Shown one piece after another: positions 10,708 through 15,422 of a DNA stretch of 15,422 bases (its first letter is position 1; each line of letters begins with the position of its first letter). The position numbers were made by a program, and so were the translations under genes. Under the pieces are notes generated by a model. It had not been told where the DNA came from. It worked only from the letters and a program-made list of their open reading frames with translations, and did no database searches. This stretch comes from Polyangiales bacterium (lineage in GTDB: Bacteria > Myxococcota_A > Polyangia > Polyangiales > Houyiibacteriaceae). Location: positions 1-15,422 of the forward strand of contig JBGCFM010000152.1 of the NCBI GenBank assembly GCA_045106895.1, in the 5' to 3' direction.

Positions 10708-11190
10708 CTACAGGTTGGACAACGTGAAGTTGCAGGTCATGCCTGCAGCGTCGGCCGAGAGCGTCAGGTTCGGGAAGTCACCGGCGATCTCGAGGGGAAT
10801 GCCCATGATCGTGGTGGAGCCGGTGCAAACGCAGTCAGCGTCGTAGGTGCAGTCGCCCGAGATTGGGTCGGAGCCTGGGTCGTTGAGCGTGCAGGTGACA
10901 GTCGACGTTCCGTCAACGGTGACGAGCTCGCAGCTCATGATGTCCGCAGCGTCGCAAAGCGCTGGGTTGCCTTCAACAGGCTCGACACCATAGGTGCCGT
11001 CGAAGTCACACGTAGGTGCTGGACCCGCGTCTGTGTCGCCAGGACCCGCGTCCGTCTCGTCGGGACCGGAGTCCATTTCGACGGGGACGTCTGGCGTTGG
11101 GCCAGCGTCGGTCATCGGGGTCGTGTCATCATCACCGCAGCCGATGCCGAAGCAGGCAACGACGCATACAATTCCAAGCCATTTGCTCAT
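10708..11190 (-). CDS. Hypothetical lipoprotein (DAGP low-complexity linker, small Cys-containing beta-rich domain)
   Basis: GAGGAG RBS upstream; MSKWLGIVCVVACFGIG-CGDDD lipobox; DAGP/DSGP repeats; downstream terminator. Confidence 0.85.
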   Translation of the reverse strand: MSKWLGIVCVVACFGIGCGDDDTTPMTDAGPTPDVPVEMDSGPDETDAGPGDTDAGPAPTCDFDGTYGVEPVEGNPALCDAADIMSCELVTVDGTSTVTCTLNDPGSDPISGDCTYDADCVCTGSTTIMGIPLEIAGDFPNLTLSADAAGMTCNFTLSNL

Positions 11191-11284
11191 ATCTGTCTCC
11201 TCAATTCCTTATTTCCCTCACCGGGCGTACGCAACATAGCATCCGTCCCGCAAAAGCGAGACCCTACGTGCCACTCTCGGAATG

Positions 11285-12508
11285 TTAGAGCAAGGGATCT
11301 ACAAAAGGAGCAGAAGGACGGGCGAAGAAATAGCCCTGAAGGAGGTCGCACCCAAGCTCCACGACACAGTCACGTTCCTGAGTGTTTTCAACACCTTCCG
11401 CGACTACCTCGATCTCCATATCGATGCACAGGGCGACGATGGAGCGGACCAATTTTCGTTTGGTGGCGGATTTGTGTATGTCCCGAACGAGGGTCATATC
11501 GAGCTTTACGACGTCTGGTTCGAGCTCTGCGAGGCTGTTGAGCCCTGAATAACCCGCGCCCAGGTCATCGACAGCGATGCTGTATCCGAGCGATCGGAGC
11601 CGCGCGACCTTTGCCTGGACGTCTTTTACCTCGTCGAGGGCGGCACGTTCGGTGATCTCCAGCACCACGCGGCTGGCGATGCTCGCGAGCGGGGAATCCT
11701 CTGCATAGAGCGTCTCATCGTCCAGGTCGCGGACGTGGAGGTTGTAGAAGAGTAGGCCACGATCTGGCTGCTGAATCATTGGAACGGGTGACTTGGCCCG
11801 AATCACGCGCGCCAGGTCGACGGTCTTCTTGAGCTGTTCCGCGGCGTCGAAGAGCGCGCCAGGATGTGGGATCGACGGCTCGCTCGAACGCACCAGCGCT
11901 TCGTATCCATGAACTTTGCGCTCCGACCAACGAACGATCGGCTGGTAGACCATGTACACGGCGTCGAGGGCCGCTTGGAAGCGGCGGTCCAAGTCGCTCG
12001 TATTGCCCGGGCGGAGCTCTTCAAGGGCGGAGAGCGCGGCGCGCTGCAGCATGGCGGTGCGGCGCCTGCGAACCGCGGACGCGACCACGCTGACGAGCTC
12101 GCTCTTGTCGACGGGCTTCAGCAGGTAGCGCATGGCGCCAGAGTCCATCGCTTGAATGGCGGACTCCACGCTGGGCCGACCCGTGACCAGAATGACCGGG
12201 ATATCTTCATCCACAGCGCGCAGATCACCCATCATCTCAACGCCTGACTTCATCGGCATCGAGATGTCGCTGACGATCACATCGGAAGGCGAGACAGCGA
12301 AGTGAGAGAGCGCTTCTTCGGCGGAGGAGGCGGTGCTGACGTCGAAGCCAGCACTTCTTAGGGCGCGGGCGAAGGAGCGTAGCAAGGTCTCGTCGTCATC
12401 CACGAGAAGCACGCGAGGTGTCTCAGTCTCGATGTCTGGGCGGCTAGTTCTCTGAACGGTGGCTGGCATGGGGTTCCTCGTCGCGCTGGCGCGATTCACC
12501 CAATCCAT
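11285..12508 (-). CDS. Response regulator receiver-EAL c-di-GMP phosphodiesterase
   Basis: REC domain: VLLVDDD, SDISMP (phospho-Asp), VTG, LLKP. EAL domain: YQPIV, YEALVR, FYNL, LEITE, DDLGAGYSGL, KLD, EGVE, QGY. No GGDEF domain. The start could be a downstream Met. Confidence 0.93.
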   Translation of the reverse strand: MDWVNRASATRNPMPATVQRTSRPDIETETPRVLLVDDDETLLRSFARALRSAGFDVSTASSAEEALSHFAVSPSDVIVSDISMPMKSGVEMMGDLRAVDEDIPVILVTGRPSVESAIQAMDSGAMRYLLKPVDKSELVSVVASAVRRRRTAMLQRAALSALEELRPGNTSDLDRRFQAALDAVYMVYQPIVRWSERKVHGYEALVRSSEPSIPHPGALFDAAEQLKKTVDLARVIRAKSPVPMIQQPDRGLLFYNLHVRDLDDETLYAEDSPLASIASRVVLEITERAALDEVKDVQAKVARLRSLGYSIAVDDLGAGYSGLNSLAELEPDVVKLDMTLVRDIHKSATKRKLVRSIVALCIDMEIEVVAEGVENTQERDCVVELGCDLLQGYFFARPSAPFVDPLL

Positions 12509-12603
12509 ACGGACCTTTGCGAAATGACTTGAGGTTGATCCCTTCTTGAACGGGGATCAGACCACTATGAGACGTGCTTGGCGCGTCGTCGCGCTGCGCT
12601 GCG

Positions 12604-13635
12604 CTACGCGTCCAAGAACCCGATCGCGTCCTCCACGTCGCCGCTGCTTCCGACGTAGAGAGGGGTTCGTTGATGAAGAGCGGATGGAAGAATATCGCGT
12701 ACGGGGACGCTCCCGTTCGAGGCGCGTCCTCCCGCCTGCTCCGCCAAGAAGGCGAAGGGCGCTGCCTCATAGAGTAGGCGGAGCTTGCCGTCAGCATTCT
12801 TCGCGTCCGCTGGATAGGCGAAGATTCCGCCGCGAAGGAGTGTGCGGTGGAGGTCCGCGACCATCGCTCCGATATAACGAAGCCGGTACGCTTTGCGCGT
12901 TTCGTCACCCTTCTTGATCCAATCGGCCCAGGCCTGAACGCCTTTGCTCCACTTGTGATAGTTGCCCTCGTTGACGGAGTACGTGTCTCCTCGTTCGGGC
13001 ATCTTGATCTGAGGATGCGAGAGGAAGAACTCGCCGATGGCTGGGTCCAGGGTGAAGCCATGTACGCCTTGGCCAACGGAATAGACAAACATATTCGATG
13101 AGCCGTAGATGACGTAGCCGGCGGCGACGATGTCCTTCGCGGGCTGAAGACAGTCGTCGAGTGTTCCGGGGCCAGCGATGCTCTTGCGTCGGTGGATCGA
13201 GAAAATTGTCCCGATGGACGCGTTGATGTCGATGTTGCCGCTGCCGTCCAGGGGATCGAACTGCAGTACATAACGACCCTCGTTGTAAGGCGCCGCCACA
13301 GGAATCGGCTCTTCGATCTCCTCGCTACCCATCACGCATACATGGCCGCCTTTTTCGACGCAGCGAATGATCACGTTGTTTGCGAAGACGTCGAGCTTCT
13401 GAACCTCTTCGCCCTGCACGTTCTCGTCGCCGGTGAGCCCGAGCATGTTGGCGAGGCCCGCCTTGCTCACCTGACTCCCGATGATCTTCGCCGCCAAGGA
13501 GAGCTGACCAAAGAGACCCGTCAACTCACCGGTCGCGCCCGTCACTTTCCGTTGTGCGGCTACGAGATGCTGTTCCAGTGTCTGGCCGCTGTACGTTGGG
13601 CCTGCAGGACCCATGGAGAGATGATGCGATTCCAT
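12604..13635 (-). CDS. fbp: Class 1 fructose-1,6-bisphosphatase
   Basis: NVQGEEVQKLDVFAN, SEE, FDPLDGSGNID, GTIFSI, YSVNEGN, RYIGAMVADLHRTLLRGGIFAYP, GKLRLLYEA. Confidence 0.97.
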   Translation of the reverse strand: MESHHLSMGPAGPTYSGQTLEQHLVAAQRKVTGATGELTGLFGQLSLAAKIIGSQVSKAGLANMLGLTGDENVQGEEVQKLDVFANNVIIRCVEKGGHVCVMGSEEIEEPIPVAAPYNEGRYVLQFDPLDGSGNIDINASIGTIFSIHRRKSIAGPGTLDDCLQPAKDIVAAGYVIYGSSNMFVYSVGQGVHGFTLDPAIGEFFLSHPQIKMPERGDTYSVNEGNYHKWSKGVQAWADWIKKGDETRKAYRLRYIGAMVADLHRTLLRGGIFAYPADAKNADGKLRLLYEAAPFAFLAEQAGGRASNGSVPVRDILPSALHQRTPLYVGSSGDVEDAIGFLDA

Positions 13636-13674
13636 GGGGCCCGTCTACCACACAGTCGCGCTCGGCGCTCCACA

Positions 13675-14676
13675 TCAGGGCGCGGGTGCAGGGCTCCCCG
13701 CAAAAGTCGTGTCCGCCGCCATCGGCCCTGGGTGGAGCATCTCCTGAGGGGCAGGCCTTGCCGCCGGCGCTTCCGCGGTCGTTCGCCGCGCAGCGATGAG
13801 TGCGCCTCCGACGAGTGCGGGAGGCTGCGCCACGAGGTAACCGAGAAGCCCAACGAGGAGCGCGTCAGAAGTCGAGACTCCCACCGTCCCGAGCAGCGCC
13901 ACGGCGGTAGCTTCACGGACGCCAAACCCACCGACGCTCACCGGCAAGAGCGTCGCCAAGACGATGGCGTTGCCAACGATGGCCAGCTCCAAGGGCGTCG
14001 CTTCCACACCGAGAGCAAGCCCGGTCCCGACAAAGACGAGCGCCGTCGCCATGTGGCTGACGACGCCGAGGGTCATCAGCTCTGCCCGCTGCCCGAGGGA
14101 AGGTCGCGACGCGCCGAGGGCATCTGCGAGCTTTTGCGCCTTCGAAAACGGAAGACGCCGGAGCAATGCGGGGCGCTCCAAAACGAAGAGCCCGGCGACG
14201 CTCACCGCGCCGAGCGCCGCCGCCATGAGGAGACCGGCGGTGCCAAAGAAGCGGGCGACCCCTAAAGGCAGAAGCATCAGCGTCACCATCGAGAGCGCGA
14301 CGAGCCCGTAGAGTTTCTCCACCAAGATCACGCGGCCGCTCGCCGCTTTGGAGTGATCTTTGGCGACGTCGACGAGGCGGTAGAGATCTAGCCCCGTTGT
14401 CGAAGGCGTGAAGGCACCCACGAAGCGTCCGCGAAGAAAAGAGCGAAGGAGCCAGCGAAAAGGGAGATGGATCCCCTCAAGGCGCAGAAGCGTTTTCCAA
14501 CGCAGCACGCCCGAGCTCAACGCGGCCCATGGCAACGCGAGGGCGAGGAGGAGAAAGAGCGGGTTGAGTTCGAGGATGCGTGGTCCGAGGTTCGTCAGGC
14601 CCTCGCGCGTCGTGATCATCCATACGAGGCTCGCTAGGAGAAAGGCCGAAACCGCTCGCTTTATCCATCGCATCAT
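13675..14676 (-). CDS. Lysylphosphatidylglycerol synthase TM-domain (UPF0104/YbhN-like, flippase-like) membrane protein
   Basis: LRWKTLL, F..AFTPSTTGLDLYR, VEKLYGL and LPVSVGGFGVRE motifs; multiple TM segments. Start set at ATG 14676 (or 14673); the (GS)n extension in the ORF track is rejected. Confidence 0.85.
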   Translation of the reverse strand: MMRWIKRAVSAFLLASLVWMITTREGLTNLGPRILELNPLFLLLALALPWAALSSGVLRWKTLLRLEGIHLPFRWLLRSFLRGRFVGAFTPSTTGLDLYRLVDVAKDHSKAASGRVILVEKLYGLVALSMVTLMLLPLGVARFFGTAGLLMAAALGAVSVAGLFVLERPALLRRLPFSKAQKLADALGASRPSLGQRAELMTLGVVSHMATALVFVGTGLALGVEATPLELAIVGNAIVLATLLPVSVGGFGVREATAVALLGTVGVSTSDALLVGLLGYLVAQPPALVGGALIAARRTTAEAPAARPAPQEMLHPGPMAADTTFAGSPAPAP

Positions 14677-14788
14677 GACTTCACATGCACAGAGGTCGCG
14701 GCGGTGGTCAAAAAACCGACCTTCCCACGCTTCGTCCGTTTCGAATCGCACGTGGTCTAGGTGAGTGGTGGCCCTGGCTTTGCGGGAA

Positions 14789-14932
14789 CCCGACCCCGAC
14801 CCCGACCCCGAGCCCGACCCCGACCCCGACCCCGAGCCCGACCCCGACCCCGACCCCGAGCCCGACCCTGACCCCGAACCAGAACCGGACACGGAACCAG
14901 AACCAGAACCAGAACCAGAACCGGAAACTGAG
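14789..14932. repeat. Hexamer tandem array, 24 units, consensus CCNGAN
   Basis: [(CCCGAC)3 CCCGAG]x3, then CCCGAC CCTGAC CCCGAA CCAGAA CCGGAC ACGGAA (CCAGAA)4 CCGGAA ACTGAG. Confidence 0.97.
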
Positions 14933-14954
14933 CCTCTAAATCGGAGAAACGGTC

Positions 14955-15118
14955 GGAGGGGTCTTCGTTTTCTTCAGACCCTTATGGCGCACATTCCGCG
15001 CCAGTGTTTTGTGGCGACTTAGGTGGACTTGGGTGTTTCTCTTTTGAGTCTGATGCCTCAAAACGCTGTCACGGAATCTGCGCCGGTGAGGGGCAATGAA
15101 GAAAACGAAGACCCCTCC
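14955..15118 (+). promoter_or_regulatory. Long imperfect inverted repeat / RNA hairpin occluding the translation start of the four-helix-bundle gene
   Basis: GGAGGGGTCTTCGTTTTCTTCA (14955-14976) is the exact reverse complement of TGAAGAAAACGAAGACCCCTCC (15097-15118). Pairing continues inward: 14986-15015 with 15055-15084 (25 Watson-Crick + 1 G-U of 30), and GACTTAGG with TTTGAGTC. The regulatory role is inferred. Confidence 0.8.
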
Positions 15119-15422
15119 TTTTGGTTCCAATCACAACTTCCGGGCGCTGGATGCGGCTTACTCATTGATATCCACGTTGGCGCCGGTGGTGGCTGCGGTG
15201 GGCCGCCACGACCGCTCGCTCCGCGACCAACTCCGCCGGGCTGGCTCCAGCATTCCTTTGAACCTCGCCGAAGGCTACGGGCAGGCCGGCGGCCACGAAA
15301 AGCAACGCTTCCTCACGGCCCTCGGCTCCACCCGCGAAGTCGCCGCCATCCTCGAGGTCGCCAAGCGCTGGGGCTACGTCTCCTCCGCGGATGCCGACGA
15401 GGCCCTTCAAGTCCTCGACGGC
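15096..15422 (+). CDS. Four helix bundle protein (23S rRNA intervening-sequence protein / TIGR02436 / bAvd-like fold), 3'-partial
   Basis: Not in the ORF track; translated by hand. GAGGGG RBS, ATG at 15096: MKKTKTPPFGSNHNFRALDAAYSLISTLAPVVAAVGRHDRSLRDQLRRAGSSIPLNLAEGYGQAGGHEKQRFLTALGSTREVAAILEVAKRWGYVSSADADEALQVLDG. DQLRRA.SS..LNLAEG and F..A.GS..E are family signatures. Confidence 0.92.
   Translation, partial: MKKTKTPPFGSNHNFRALDAAYSLISTLAPVVAAVGRHDRSLRDQLRRAGSSIPLNLAEGYGQAGGHEKQRFLTALGSTREVAAILEVAKRWGYVSSADADEALQVLDG

Noticed and set aside
12533..12563. Hairpin TGATCCC..GGGATCA between fbp and the REC-EAL gene as a terminator
   Set aside because: The stem is present but there is no U tract on either strand, so function is unsupported.
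14677..14892. N-terminal (GS)n extension of the membrane protein as given in the ORF track
   Set aside because: It starts at a GTG inside the repeat with no RBS. The family-like sequence begins at MMRWIKR (14676), and a hexamer array is trivially open in frame.
14789..15118. CRISPR array or IS terminal inverted repeats
   Set aside because: The repeats are contiguous hexamers with no spacers. The inverted repeat encloses only a short loop, with no transposase and no evident target-site duplication.
15162..15410. Minus-strand 82-aa ORF, and the 64-aa ORF at 14936-15130
   Set aside because: Antisense shadows of the four-helix-bundle gene and of the inverted repeat.
14936..15422. 23S rRNA gene with an intervening sequence
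   Set aside because: No rRNA-like sequence lies upstream of the four-helix-bundle ORF, and the stem overlaps the ORF start instead of enclosing the ORF.

Overview
GC-rich bacterial chromosomal segment. A MYXO-CTERM-type sorting signal and several Cys/Asp-rich lipoproteins point to Myxococcota (inferred from protein style). I call 13 CDSs. Two run off the window edges and are missing from the ORF track: a >731-aa surface protein with TSP3-like repeats and a MYXO-CTERM tail (<1..2195, minus), and a four-helix-bundle (23S rRNA IVP/bAvd-like) protein (15096..>15422, plus). Between them lie a DUF5690 transporter, a small Cys-rich lipoprotein, a trhO-GST pair, a WGR/AATKK-repeat/DUF4132-tail protein, an FGE-sulfatase-fold lipoprotein, a 976-aa metal-binding-repeat/beta-propeller lipoprotein, another small lipoprotein with an intrinsic terminator, a REC-EAL phosphodiesterase, fbp, and an LPG-synthase-TM membrane protein. 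The most unusual structure is at the right end. A 24-unit CCNGAN hexamer array is followed by a 164-nt imperfect inverted repeat whose 3' arm is the RBS, start codon and first codons of the four-helix-bundle gene. This is a candidate RNA-structure-controlled cassette or mobile element.
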